From positions 5,370 to 69,369 of the forward strand of contig JADGQO010000026.1 in the NCBI GenBank assembly GCA_017881725.1: 64,000 nt of DNA, given 5' to 3'. A model generated the notes under the pieces. That model worked only from the letters and a program-made list of their open reading frames with translations, did not search any database and was not told the DNA's origin. This document shows, in pieces, positions 40,229 to 50,068 of this stretch; position 1 is the first letter of the stretch; every line of letters starts with the position of its first letter. This stretch comes from Fibrobacteria bacterium. Lineage in GTDB: Bacteria > Fibrobacterota > Fibrobacteria > UBA11236. Made by a program: the position numbers and the translations under genes.

Positions 40229-40807
40229 ATGTCTTACGTCCCTAGTCGGCAAACGAAACTAGTCTTCGACCTGATGCACAAAAAAATTTCCGAGGAACAA
40301 TTTTTCAAGGAATTCCCAGCGTCTAAGGAAAACATTAAGACTGTCATTTTGGATCTGCTAAAGCGCGGACTTAGGGGAAAGGATCCGGATCCGGTGCATT
40401 GCGCCACGCCGCTGGCTTATAGGTATGGCATTTCCCGGGAGTACTTGGATTTATTCAACTCCCTGGCTTTGGAACCTTGGCACTTCCGGCATGAAGATAT
40501 CGTTTTTGCCCTTGGAAAATTGAAGGACCCGACCAGCGTCGAAGTGCTCGCCAAAACAGCCTTGGCCCGGCACCCTTACCTGGAGGACGATGAGTTCTTT
40601 GTTTTAGGCACCAAGTCGATCCATGCGCTGGAAAATATCCAAACTCCGGAAGCCATCCGGGTTTTGGGCGAACTTGCGATGAACGAAAATGAAGTTCTTA
40701 GGACAAGGGCAATTGAACGGCTGCGGAACCTCGTCAAAAACGGAGAATCGGAAATCGCTAAGTCAACCGCGCAGGCGGCTTTAGAATCATTGAATAAAAA
40801 TCATTAA
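40229..40807 (+). CDS. Paralogous immunity protein (HEAT-like)
   Basis: Colinear with 39584-40150 (MSYVPSR, WHFRHED, KDPTS.EVLAKTALA.HPYLE). Confidence 0.8.
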   Translation: MSYVPSRQTKLVFDLMHKKISEEQFFKEFPASKENIKTVILDLLKRGLRGKDPDPVHCATPLAYRYGISREYLDLFNSLALEPWHFRHEDIVFALGKLKDPTSVEVLAKTALARHPYLEDDEFFVLGTKSIHALENIQTPEAIRVLGELAMNENEVLRTRAIERLRNLVKNGESEIAKSTAQAALESLNKNH

Positions 40808-40908
40808 GCCTTGCCGGTTGCACCGGACCAACTATTCAAGAAACTATTTTTTAAAAGCGTCAATGAGCCGAAATCATCAGCACTATAGTAGCGGTCGAGG
40901 CGATTGAA

Positions 40909-41556
40909 ATGAATCCCGTCCAAGGATCCCTGGAACCGGACGCGCGCCCGACCCGCGAGGTCCGCGCCAGCTTCAATGAAAAGACCATTCGCATATACCA
41001 AGCCTACTCTCCTGAAATCGCCGTTCCTGCGCTTGCCGCCCAAAAATTCCTGCCGCCATTCAAGACTACCAGAATGACGTGGATCAAACCGTCCTTCATC
41101 TGGATGATGTATCGATCCGGTTGGGCGGGAAAATCCGGCCAGGAGTACATTCTCGGAATCGACATCCTCCGCTCTGGATTTGAATGGGCCTTGGCGAATT
41201 CATGTTTGTCCCATTTTATTGAGGACGTTCATCCGACCCATGCCGACTGGGAAAACCAGATCCGCGATTTCCCGGTCCGAATCCAATGGGATCCGGAGAG
41301 GACCATTCGACTCCAGCCGTTACCCTGGCGCGCCATCCAAATCGGATTGGGTCCGCAAAGCGTCCCGGCGTATATCTCCGAATGGATTACCCGAATTGAT
41401 GACGTGACCCCGCTTGCGAAAAAGATCGAATCCCTGGTTAAGGGTGGCGAGGCCGGCTTGATCCGGAACCTGATCCCAACGGAGATCCCGTATCCTTTGC
41501 CGGATTCGATTTCAAAAAGAATCGGATGCGTTCAAAACAGAGGCACACCCGCATGA
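40909..41556 (+). CDS. DUF4291 family protein
   Basis: IYQAY, RMTWIKPSFIWMMYRSGW, QE.IL, VRIQWDPER, RAIQIGL. Confidence 0.85.
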   Translation: MNPVQGSLEPDARPTREVRASFNEKTIRIYQAYSPEIAVPALAAQKFLPPFKTTRMTWIKPSFIWMMYRSGWAGKSGQEYILGIDILRSGFEWALANSCLSHFIEDVHPTHADWENQIRDFPVRIQWDPERTIRLQPLPWRAIQIGLGPQSVPAYISEWITRIDDVTPLAKKIESLVKGGEAGLIRNLIPTEIPYPLPDSISKRIGCVQNRGTPA

Positions 41557-41636
41557 AGGTCGCCTTCACGGCGATGGGTTGGAAATGAACACGAAAATCT
41601 CGCTCCGTATAATCAAAACTTGTTGAACCCACCCCA

Positions 41637-42794
41637 TTGATCTACTTCGACCAAAACGCCACCACTCCCCTGGACCCGCGCGTGCTCGCGAAAATGTTGC
41701 CTTATCTGAAAGGAAAATGGGGCAACCCCTCCAGCCGCGACCATGCCTTTGGATGGGATGCGCAGGAGGCGGTCGAAGCCGCCCGCATGGAGGCTGCGGC
41801 TCTCATCAACGCGTTGCCCAATGAAATCGTTTTCACCAGTTGCGCCACGGAAAGCATCCATCTGGGACTCCACGGTCTCTTCCCTGTTCACGCGTCCATC
41901 AGCACGGGATTTGTCACCTCAAGCGTCGAACATGAAGCCATACGAGCCTCCTGCAAGGCTCTTCGCGAGCGCGGCCGAACATTGAAAACTCTACCCGTCG
42001 ACTCCCAAGGACGATTAGACCCAGCGACAGTTGAACGCGCCTTGATCTCCCAGTCGACGAAAGTATTGAGCCTCATGGCCGCCAACAACGAAACCGGCGT
42101 ACTCTTCCCCATCCGCGCATGCGCCGCCATCGCCCATGCCCACGGCGCGATCTTCTTCACCGATGCCGCCCAAGCGCTGGGAAAAATCCCCCTCGACGCC
42201 GCAGCCGACGGATTCGACCTCGCCGCCTTTTCCGCCCATAAGCTGGGCGGCCCCAAAGGCGTGGGCGCTTTATATATCAAAGGCGGACCGGGCGCGATTC
42301 CGCTGGAACCGTTATTCCCCGGCGGCGGCCAAGAAGGCGGGCTGCGGGGCGGCACGCTGAATGTCCCCGGCATCGTTGGATTCGGCGAAGCCTGCCGCCT
42401 GGCCGGATTGGAAATGACCCAGGAAACCTCCCGGTTACGGTCGCTACGTGATCATTTGGAACAATCCTTGTTGTCACGCTTCACGCAAATCCGCATCAAC
42501 GGCTCCGGCTCCGAACGCCTCGCCAATACGTCCAACCTTTGTTTTCCCGGCATCGACGCACGTGCCCTGATCCGCGACATGCACGATGTCGCCGTTTCCA
42601 CGCGCTCGGCCTGCAGCAGCGGCTCCTCCGAACCCAGCCATGTTTTGAAAGCCATGGGCTTGTCCGACGAAGACGCCTTCGCCTCCATTCGTTTCAGTCT
42701 GGGAAAATCCAATACCAAGGAAGAAATCGATTTGGTGATCGAAAAGGTGTCGATGTCGTACGCCAAACTTCTTGGCATGGGGAATCCGATTTGA
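41637..42794 (+). CDS. Cysteine desulfurase (IscS/NifS group I)
   Basis: YFDQNATTP, ANNETG, SAHKLGGPKG (PLP Lys), SACSSG (catalytic Cys); TTG start. Confidence 0.93.
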   Translation: MIYFDQNATTPLDPRVLAKMLPYLKGKWGNPSSRDHAFGWDAQEAVEAARMEAAALINALPNEIVFTSCATESIHLGLHGLFPVHASISTGFVTSSVEHEAIRASCKALRERGRTLKTLPVDSQGRLDPATVERALISQSTKVLSLMAANNETGVLFPIRACAAIAHAHGAIFFTDAAQALGKIPLDAAADGFDLAAFSAHKLGGPKGVGALYIKGGPGAIPLEPLFPGGGQEGGLRGGTLNVPGIVGFGEACRLAGLEMTQETSRLRSLRDHLEQSLLSRFTQIRINGSGSERLANTSNLCFPGIDARALIRDMHDVAVSTRSACSSGSSEPSHVLKAMGLSDEDAFASIRFSLGKSNTKEEIDLVIEKVSMSYAKLLGMGNPI

Positions 42795-42814
42795 CCCTAG
42801 AAGTCGAATCGGCC

Positions 42815-43492
42815 ATGCAGGCGGCCATCGCCGATACCTGGGAAACCTTGCGGTTACGGGTAAAGAATTACCGGTTCACGGCTTTCGCATCGCTCGGCCT
42901 GGCGGCCACCATCTTAGTTGCAGCGATATGGCTCCGGACCCCCTGGGTTCTGGTCTTAGGCCTGGTTTTTTTCCCCCTGGGCGCGGTTTTTGTCTGGCGC
43001 GATCAATGCGCTGTGTTCGATTGGGAGGAACGCATCTTCAAGGCATGGGCAGAATCCGGTCGGCTTGCTCGGGCGCGTGCGCAAGGAGGTCCTGAAACTG
43101 AATCCCTTCCCAAATCGGATTTCGTGATGGGAATTTTCATTCCCGCTATCGCCAATCAACCGCATCGATTATCCAATTCGTTGAAAAGCATGGTCGCAAA
43201 CCTGCCTGCTGATCCGGATTATCTTCCTCCGCAAAATGAACAGATTCAAAAGGTGTTTCGCGATTATTATACCCGGCGAAGCAATCAGGAAACTCGCTTG
43301 CTACGTCGCCTTCTGCGTATAGTCTTTTTAGTGACAATACCCGTGTCCTACGTGTATTTCAGACCATTTACAATATCAATAGTTGCGGGGACATCAATTT
43401 TAGCACTAGTATTTTTCGGCGTTGAAATCCTACTTGCGCCTTGTGTGCGCTGGCATCATCGAAAATCTGCGGAAAAAATAGGATTGGAATAA
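42815..43492 (+). CDS. Hypothetical membrane protein (about 4 TM)
   Basis: Two hydrophobic hairpins; start inferred at ATG 42815; 3' part is AT-rich. Confidence 0.55.
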   Translation: MQAAIADTWETLRLRVKNYRFTAFASLGLAATILVAAIWLRTPWVLVLGLVFFPLGAVFVWRDQCAVFDWEERIFKAWAESGRLARARAQGGPETESLPKSDFVMGIFIPAIANQPHRLSNSLKSMVANLPADPDYLPPQNEQIQKVFRDYYTRRSNQETRLLRRLLRIVFLVTIPVSYVYFRPFTISIVAGTSILALVFFGVEILLAPCVRWHHRKSAEKIGLE

Positions 43493-43558
43493 GAGAGCGT
43501 TTGACCTGACGGGTCCCCTAGTTTACGTAGCACATCAGTTACCCAAATCATGTCTTTA

Positions 43559-44270
43559 GGGCTTGCTGAATAGCCTTCTCGCTCAATATTGACAGCGGTT
43601 TCACAGTAATTTACGTAGATTAATGTGCAAAGAAAAGCCAACTTTCATCCCGGAAAGCGGGCTCTCGAAGCGAGTGCCGTGCACATCCCGATGTACAAAA
43701 ACCCGCCGAACCGCTCCCAAGTGAAGATGGAATTTTTGGACTTCCCCAATCCTTTCGGGGTGAAACTCCATGGTTGATGAAGGACGTCTCGCTCGAAGCG
43801 ATTGGGAAACGGCTCTATCGCGCCCTGCTGGTTGTCGCGAAACTGGAGCGGCAGCAGCGCATCCTTTTCTCTCTGGCCAAAGGCGAACGACGCAGCGTTC
43901 CCGATCGCATCGTCAGCGTGTGGAAACCTCATGTGCGTCCCATCGTGCGGGGCAAGGCCGGGTGTCCGGTCGAGTTCGGAGCGAAGTTATCCATCGCCGT
44001 GATTGAAGGGATGAGTTTTGTGGATCGATTGTCCTTCGATGCCTACAACGAGTGCGGCGATCTGATCGGCCAGGCTGTGGCCTATCACAGGCGTACGGGC
44101 CATTGGCCTGCATCGATACACGCGGACAAGATTTACCGAACGCGGGAAAATTTGGCATGGTGCAAAGCTCGAGAGATACGTTTTTCAGGTCCGATGCTGG
44201 GTCGGCGGCCGGTGGATGCCAAGATAAGGAGGGAAAATCAAAAACTGACGGCGAACTATTCAGCAAGCCC
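43559..44270 (+). mobile_element. Internally deleted IS5-family element
   Basis: Perfect 15-bp terminal IRs GGGCTTGCTGAATAG (43559-43573) / CTATTCAGCAAGCCC (44256-44270), flanked by TA on both sides; transposase fragments inside. Confidence 0.88.
43691..44255 (+). pseudogene. IS5-family transposase remnant
   Basis: N-terminal MYKNPP..QVKMEFLDFPNPFG, then RIVSVWKPHVRPIVRGKA..VEFGAK...ADKIYRTREN; middle and C-terminus missing. Confidence 0.85.
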
Positions 44271-44448
44271 TATTTACAGAATTTCCTGTTTTGAATGAAT
44301 ATCAAATTCCAAAATTACAGATGACACCTTCGATTCAATCGGTTTCGCGATAGGACGACATTTTCCAATCGATTCAACGCGGTCGTTACATCCGTCCGAA
44401 ACAAAGTAGCGGCCCCTTTTCCTTCGGCGTAAAAAGTTCGAAGAAGGA

Positions 44449-44952
44449 TCAGATAAGCGGAACCAATTCCGGTTGCAAGTTTGACAGCGTTTCGATTGCC
44501 ATTGCGTCGTCCCGCAGCATTTTGAAATCAGCAAAATCGAATCCGGGCCCAACCGTACAGCCCACTAACGAGTAGTCGCCCAGACATTCGGCCGCCTGTC
44601 AGTGGCCTGCGGGTATGGCGGCGACCGGCGCGTTGCGAGAGTCCGTTTCCATTTTTTCTGGAGGCCCCAGAATAAATAACTCCTGCTTCTCAAACCCTGG
44701 GTCAAGGTGCCTCAATCGCAACGGATCGCCCGCGTAAAAATGCCACGCTTCGTCGGATCTAACGGAATGAAAAGCGCTTTTCTCGCCCCGACGCAATAGG
44801 AAATAGATGGTGGTCAGTCCTGCCCGCCGTCCCTGTCCGGCCATCACGGTTTGTTGGGAACGGTAAATCTCCCGGTAAAAACCGCCCTCCGGATGAGGCT
44901 TCAATTCGAGGCGGCGAATGAGTCCATCCGCGGTGGATTCGGTTTTTTTCAT
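44449..44952 (-). pseudogene. DUF985 (cupin_5) gene with in-frame TGA
   Basis: PHPEGGFYRE, TTIYFLL, DEAWHFYAG; TGA at 44599-44601 where Trp is expected; frame continues QAAECLGDYSLVGCTVGPGFDFADF. Confidence 0.85.
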
Positions 44953-44969
44953 CGGGTAGGATCATTGTC

Positions 44970-44993
44970 CTAGTAGACTAGTCGACTAGTAGA
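44970..44993. repeat. Three tandem 8-mers (CTAGTAGA CTAGTCGA CTAGTAGA) containing a 14-bp palindrome
   Basis: Read directly; ACTAGTCGACTAGT is self-complementary. Confidence 0.7.
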
Positions 44994-45464
44994 ACCCGTA
45001 CGGATCGGTTTTCATGGGCATGGAGTCCCAGGTTCCCGATGAAGTGAATATCGATTTTCCCTCAAACCCCATGGACGTGACGTTGCGTATGGGATAGGTA
45101 TTCGTGTTTGGTTTTTCCGTAAACGGTTGGAAAGGGTAGGCTTGGAATTGGGCCTTGGTCATGCCGCATTGCTCAATGCTGGTTCCGAATTTCGTCTTGG
45201 TTAAAGTCAAAGTGGAGTCCGTTCGTGAATAGTTGCCGCCCTGCCGGGTGACTTGGCACAAGTTCGCGGGATTTCCCAGTCGGTAACCGTATTCGACAAA
45301 TTCCCATAAATGTCGTCGGCATCGCTTTGGATGTAATAATGGCCCGACATGAATTCGGGTCCCGTTCCACAGTCCGCTGCGCCCGAATCCGTGACGCAAC
45401 CGGATTGAATCATCGAAAATGCCGACAATGCGAGGACGGATAGGGTCTTACGCCAATAAGCCAT
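44986..45464 (-). pseudogene. Probable frameshifted lipoprotein
   Basis: Lipoprotein-like leader (MAYWRK...IQSG-C) with SD in ORF 45207-45464; the plausible C-terminal half is in another frame (44986-45399). Confidence 0.5.
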
Positions 45465-45699
45465 GGATGCTCCCGGTTGGATGGATACGCCTGGAAAAAT
45501 ATAACAACGGGACCGGATTTCCTGCTCGCAACCCGCAATTGGCCGAGCCCATCCGATAGTGTGACCCCGCTCACCGACAAGTCATTTACTGAATTCTACT
45601 ATTCAATCTCCGGAAGCCGATGCAGGTTCCGGAGCCTGACCCGAGCGGATCCACGCCAGGGTTCCGGCGCAAGGGAATCAACCCAAAAAGGATGAGCCA

Positions 45700-47868
45700 A
45701 TGCCTTCCTCGACAGCTTTGAAATTCGCCCTCAAGATTGGGGCGCTCGCGCCGGACACTTTCCGCGTCCATGAATTCGATTTTAGCGAAGCCATCTCGGA
45801 GTGCTTCCTGCTGAAAATCACGGCTTCGTCCACGCAGGCCGAAGTGGCCTATGCCGATATGATCGCCAAAGACGCGACCTTGACCGTCACCGGGCAGGAT
45901 TTTTCCGTGAAGCATCATGGCATCGTGACCGAATTCCGGCAAACCCCGGATGCGGGAGGAAATTTCGGGCATGAAAGCCACGGGTACCTCATCACCATCG
46001 AGCCGCATGCGCGCCTTTTGTCCTTCACTACGCAAAGCCGGGTTTTTCAGAAAAAGAAAATCGGCGAAATCATCGCGGACGTCATGGCGGGAGCGTCGCT
46101 GGCGAAAACCACGCATTGGGATTTCCAAGCCCAGGGGCCGTTTCTGGAGCGCGAGTACACGGTTCAATACAACGAATCCGATTTCGATTTCATTTCCCGG
46201 CTTATGGAGGAAGAAGGAATCTTTTACTTTTTCGATCACCAAGGGGACAAAGACGTGATGATCATGGCGGATAAGGTCGACGCCTTCAAGCCGATTCCAC
46301 ATACTCCTAAGGTGGAAATCCAGGTTGAGGCGGGATTGTCCCACATGGCCGTGGATCATATCACCAAAATGGTTCGGACCCAGCGCATGGTGACGGGTAT
46401 GGCGACCATTAAAGACTATAACTATCGTACGCCGGGCACCAACGTTATTGGAAAGGCCAGCCGTCCCGGACAGGGAGAGGACTATCAGTTCAGCCCGCAT
46501 GTGAAAACGACGGCCGAAGCGGAGCGCATGGCGAACCATCGCGCTGAAATGCACGCCAGCGGCAAAGTCACTCTCGAAGGCGAAAGCCTGTGCCGGGCCT
46601 TCCGCACGGGAATGCGATTTGAATTGGATGACCCCTCGGCTTTCACGCCCTTCAAAGGCAAATACACTCTGACGCGCATCCATCATCATGGCGATCAAAA
46701 GGAAGGCTTCGAAGGCGACAACGAGGACATCATTTACAGTAACTCGTTCACGTGCATTCCCGCCGACGTAGTTTTCCGCCCCCATCTTTCCACTCCTCGG
46801 CCGAAAATCAACGGCGTCATCACCGCGCGCGTGGACGGCGTGGATGGTAAACACGCCTACCTCGACGACGACGGCCGCTACCATGCCAAACTTCCTTTCG
46901 ACCTGACCGACCTCAAGGACGGCCAAGCCAGCCTGCCTATCCGCATGAGTCAGCCCTATGGCGGCGCCAATTACGGCATGCACTTTCCAGTCCATAACGG
47001 CAACGACTTGGTATTGGCCTTCATAGACGGCAACGTCGACCGTCCCATCGCCATCGGAACCGCGCCCAATCCCAGCAACGCCTCGCCGGTGAACAAGCGG
47101 AACAACACCGAAAGCATCATCCGTACCGCCTCCGGACATCAAATCCGCCTGGACGACAAAGACGACAAAACCGTCATCGAGATTACGACCAAGGGCAAGC
47201 ACGTCATCACGCTGAACGACGACGCCGATCACAAGGAAATCCATGTCAAGACCACGGACGGCAACGAGCTGGTCATGGACGACAAGAACAAGAACATCCG
47301 CATCTGCACGCCGGAAGGCGCGCACACGATGAAGATGGACTATGACAAAAAAGTTTTCACGGTGGAAACGAAGTACGGCCACAAGCTGACCATGGATGAC
47401 GAGAAAAAATCCTTGGCCATGCAAACCAAGGACGGACATATCCTTTCCCTCGATGACGACAAGAAATTGTTGGCCTTGCAGGACGGCAAGGGAAAGCATT
47501 GTTTCCAAATCGACGCGGGCGGAAGCAAGGTCTCCATTACCACCGAAGGCGATTTGGAATTTTCCGCGAAGGGCAAGTTGGATATTACGGCCAAGGAAAT
47601 CAAGATGGAGGCCAAGCAGGGCGCAATCAATGCCAAGGCCGCGCAGGATATAGTGCTGGACGGCATGAACATCAGTGCCAAGGGCCAGCAGAAGGTGACG
47701 CTGGAAGCGACCATGGATGTCAGCATCAAGGGCCTCAACGTGAAGACGGAGGGCAAGGTCAACGTGGAATCCAAAGCGGGCGTGCAAAACAAAGTGACGG
47801 GAGTCATGACCAATGTGGAAGCCTCCGGCATCAATACCATCAAGGGCTCCATGGTGATGATTAACTGA
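45700..47868 (+). CDS. vgrG: T6SS spike protein VgrG (2)
   Basis: VQYNESDFDFISRLMEEEG, KDYNYRTP, GMHFPV...NVDRP, long gp5-like MDD-K repeats. Confidence 0.95.
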   Translation: MPSSTALKFALKIGALAPDTFRVHEFDFSEAISECFLLKITASSTQAEVAYADMIAKDATLTVTGQDFSVKHHGIVTEFRQTPDAGGNFGHESHGYLITIEPHARLLSFTTQSRVFQKKKIGEIIADVMAGASLAKTTHWDFQAQGPFLEREYTVQYNESDFDFISRLMEEEGIFYFFDHQGDKDVMIMADKVDAFKPIPHTPKVEIQVEAGLSHMAVDHITKMVRTQRMVTGMATIKDYNYRTPGTNVIGKASRPGQGEDYQFSPHVKTTAEAERMANHRAEMHASGKVTLEGESLCRAFRTGMRFELDDPSAFTPFKGKYTLTRIHHHGDQKEGFEGDNEDIIYSNSFTCIPADVVFRPHLSTPRPKINGVITARVDGVDGKHAYLDDDGRYHAKLPFDLTDLKDGQASLPIRMSQPYGGANYGMHFPVHNGNDLVLAFIDGNVDRPIAIGTAPNPSNASPVNKRNNTESIIRTASGHQIRLDDKDDKTVIEITTKGKHVITLNDDADHKEIHVKTTDGNELVMDDKNKNIRICTPEGAHTMKMDYDKKVFTVETKYGHKLTMDDEKKSLAMQTKDGHILSLDDDKKLLALQDGKGKHCFQIDAGGSKVSITTEGDLEFSAKGKLDITAKEIKMEAKQGAINAKAAQDIVLDGMNISAKGQQKVTLEATMDVSIKGLNVKTEGKVNVESKAGVQNKVTGVMTNVEASGINTIKGSMVMIN

Positions 47869-48962
47869 TGGACTGGTTAACGCGCATAGCACCCGGCAAT
47901 GCCCCCGACGGTTCGCCCATCCTGTCGGTACTGGCCAAACGTACGTTCAAGTTCGCCAACGGCAAGGCCGCGACCGTGGATGAAGAACAATTGGATTTCA
48001 TCGAGGCCGATGAATTCTGGGGCCAAGGCAATCCGGCCAGCGATGCCTTGCGTTTGGAGTCGGACCTGGTGGCCTATAAGCCCATGACCGACGTGATCCT
48101 GATCGGCAAGGCCCATGTGCCGGGCGGGAAAAAAATCGGGCAACTGGATGTCGGCGTCCAAGTGGGACAGGGAAGAAAAATCGCGCGCGTATTCGGCGAT
48201 CGCAAAGCCTATGTGACGGGAACGGGCCTGGCCTTTACGGAACCGGAACCGTTTTCGGAAATGCCCTTGGATTTTTCCCGGGCGTATGGCGGGCAGGACG
48301 TAAAATCCGATCCGGGCTTCGCATGGTCCTATTTGAAGAACCCCGTGGGCCGCGGCTTCGTCGTCAAGAATACTCCGCAAGCGATTCAAGATCTGCTGCT
48401 CCCCAATCTCGAGGATCCGCAGCGCCTGCTGACGCCGCAAACACTGGCTATCGGTAAATACGAAAAATGGTCCACCGGTCCGGAGCCCATCGCCTTTGGA
48501 TGCATCAATAAGAATTCCCATCCGCGATTCACGCTCGCAGGCTTGCCGCCGGAAGAATGGATGAAGTCCGAAGCCGATCGGCAACGCGCCTTACATGCCG
48601 CGCCGGAAGTGGGCACGCCCCTCGCGCGCCAACCGTCGCAAGTGCCGCCCATGTTGAATCCGCTGTTCTTCAACGGGGCCGCGCCGGGAATGCGGTTTCC
48701 CTATTTGCAAGGCGACGAATCCATCAAGCTGGCCTTTATGGATCCGGCCCATCCGCAATTCGCATTCAACTTGCCCGGCAGCAAACCCAAAGCCTGGATG
48801 GACGTGGGCGAAGGCCCGGAAGAAATGGCGATGGTTTTGCATACCGTGGTCATTTACAAGGAGACCAATCAAGTCGCCTTGACCTGGCGCGGCTGCGCCT
48901 ATTATGGCGGCACGGAAGCGATGAAGGAATTCACTACCCTGGAGTTCGGAGTGAAGGAGTGA
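47868..48962 (+). CDS. DUF2169 family T6SS accessory protein (C)
   Basis: ESDLVAYKPMTDV, RAYGG, NPVGRGF, LPNLEDP, FFNGA, LHTV...LTWR. Confidence 0.88.
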   Translation: MDWLTRIAPGNAPDGSPILSVLAKRTFKFANGKAATVDEEQLDFIEADEFWGQGNPASDALRLESDLVAYKPMTDVILIGKAHVPGGKKIGQLDVGVQVGQGRKIARVFGDRKAYVTGTGLAFTEPEPFSEMPLDFSRAYGGQDVKSDPGFAWSYLKNPVGRGFVVKNTPQAIQDLLLPNLEDPQRLLTPQTLAIGKYEKWSTGPEPIAFGCINKNSHPRFTLAGLPPEEWMKSEADRQRALHAAPEVGTPLARQPSQVPPMLNPLFFNGAAPGMRFPYLQGDESIKLAFMDPAHPQFAFNLPGSKPKAWMDVGEGPEEMAMVLHTVVIYKETNQVALTWRGCAYYGGTEAMKEFTTLEFGVKE

Positions 48963-48972
48963 AGGAGTCCTG

Positions 48973-50067
48973 ATGGGTAAGCCTGCGGCCCGCATGGGCG
49001 ATCTCACTGCGCATGGCGGCACCATCATATTGGGCACGCCGACTATTTTAATCGGCAAGATGCCGGCCTCCGCTCTCGGCGACATGCACACCTGTCCCAT
49101 GTGCACGGGCCCGGTGCCGCATGTGGGCGGCCCCATCCTGCTCGGCAGCACCGGAGTTTTTGTCGGGAAGAAGCCCGCCGCCCGCATTTCCGATCAAGCC
49201 TTATGCGTGGGACCACCTTCCATGAATGCCATGGGCTGCTTCACGGTGTTGATCGGGGAAGTCGGCAGCGGGTCGCAAGCCGGCGCCGCCGAAGCCGCTT
49301 CCTCATCGGCCGCCGCCAACAAGACGGGCCCCAAAGCCATCAAACCCTTTCCTCTCTCCGAACCTCCGGAAGCGCCGCCGCAAGTCCATAGCGTGGAATT
49401 CGAATTCGTGGACTCGGCCGGAAAACCCTTGGGCGGCATCCCGTTCACCATGAAGGATCCGGACGGCCAGGACATTGTCGGCGTCAGTAGCATGGACGGC
49501 AAGGGGTATTATGGCGGTTACGTCCAGACCGGTAACTTCACGGTTACGGTCCCCGAATTGTCCGGCGCCAAATGGGACAAGCCGGAAATCGCCGCCTCGG
49601 AAAAATGCAGCTGGTCCGTCACGGCGGATGGCTTTGAGGACGGCGCGCAGGCGTGGATCAGCATTTACGGCGTGGGCGAAGGCGGTTTAAGGATGATGGT
49701 GAGCACGGAGGAGATGAAAGTCTCGGGGGGAAAGGTCACGGGCGCTTGGGACGTGAAAGCCGCGCTGGTTGACGAAGACGGGACCGGAACCCACAAACCG
49801 GAATTAGAAACGTGCGAATCATTCCAAATTCTGATCTGCGTGGGACAATGCGTGGCGGTCAGCCCGATTTTGAAAGTGCATGATACGGTGGACATCGAAT
49901 TGACCGGCGACGGCGGCAAGCCGCGCAAAAATACACCTTACACCCTGACCTTGCGGGACGGCACGGTACTGACAGGCAAGTTGGACGGACAAGGCAAAGC
50001 CAAGCACGAGAAGGTTACGCGGGGCCGATTCAAAGTGGAGTTCGGGCCCAGCCCGGCGGAAGGCTGA
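48973..50067 (+). CDS. PAAR protein with C-terminal extension (transthyretin-like adaptor segments)
   Basis: KPAARMGD, PASALGDMHTC, KPAARISD; extension with VDSAGKPLGGIPF and GKPRKNTPYTLTLRDG...GKLDGQG. Confidence 0.9.
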   Translation: MGKPAARMGDLTAHGGTIILGTPTILIGKMPASALGDMHTCPMCTGPVPHVGGPILLGSTGVFVGKKPAARISDQALCVGPPSMNAMGCFTVLIGEVGSGSQAGAAEAASSSAAANKTGPKAIKPFPLSEPPEAPPQVHSVEFEFVDSAGKPLGGIPFTMKDPDGQDIVGVSSMDGKGYYGGYVQTGNFTVTVPELSGAKWDKPEIAASEKCSWSVTADGFEDGAQAWISIYGVGEGGLRMMVSTEEMKVSGGKVTGAWDVKAALVDEDGTGTHKPELETCESFQILICVGQCVAVSPILKVHDTVDIELTGDGGKPRKNTPYTLTLRDGTVLTGKLDGQGKAKHEKVTRGRFKVEFGPSPAEG

Positions 50068-50068
50068 T

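Noticed and set aside
41637-42794. DndA / DNA phosphorothioation system
   Set aside because: No dndBCDE or ssp genes nearby; motifs fit a generic IscS-like enzyme.
36178-44601. Genome-wide TGA recoding (Trp or Sec), suggested by two in-frame TGAs
   Set aside because: TGA ends conserved genes at their expected positions (frr, cdsA, rseP, vgrG2) and TGG is used normally; I could not identify a SECIS element.
47140-47520. Periodic GACGAC/GACAAG repeats
   Set aside because: Explained by gp5-like beta-helix repeats of VgrG.
45586-47892. 768-aa antisense ORF, and other long antisense ORFs such as 1301-2884, 27758-29284 and 33645-35249
   Set aside because: Shadow frames of high-GC3 genes; no recognisable motifs.
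30576-50067. Prophage tail or extracellular contractile injection system
   Set aside because: No sheath, tube, baseplate or capsid genes; ClpV, DUF2169 and Rhs point to T6SS.
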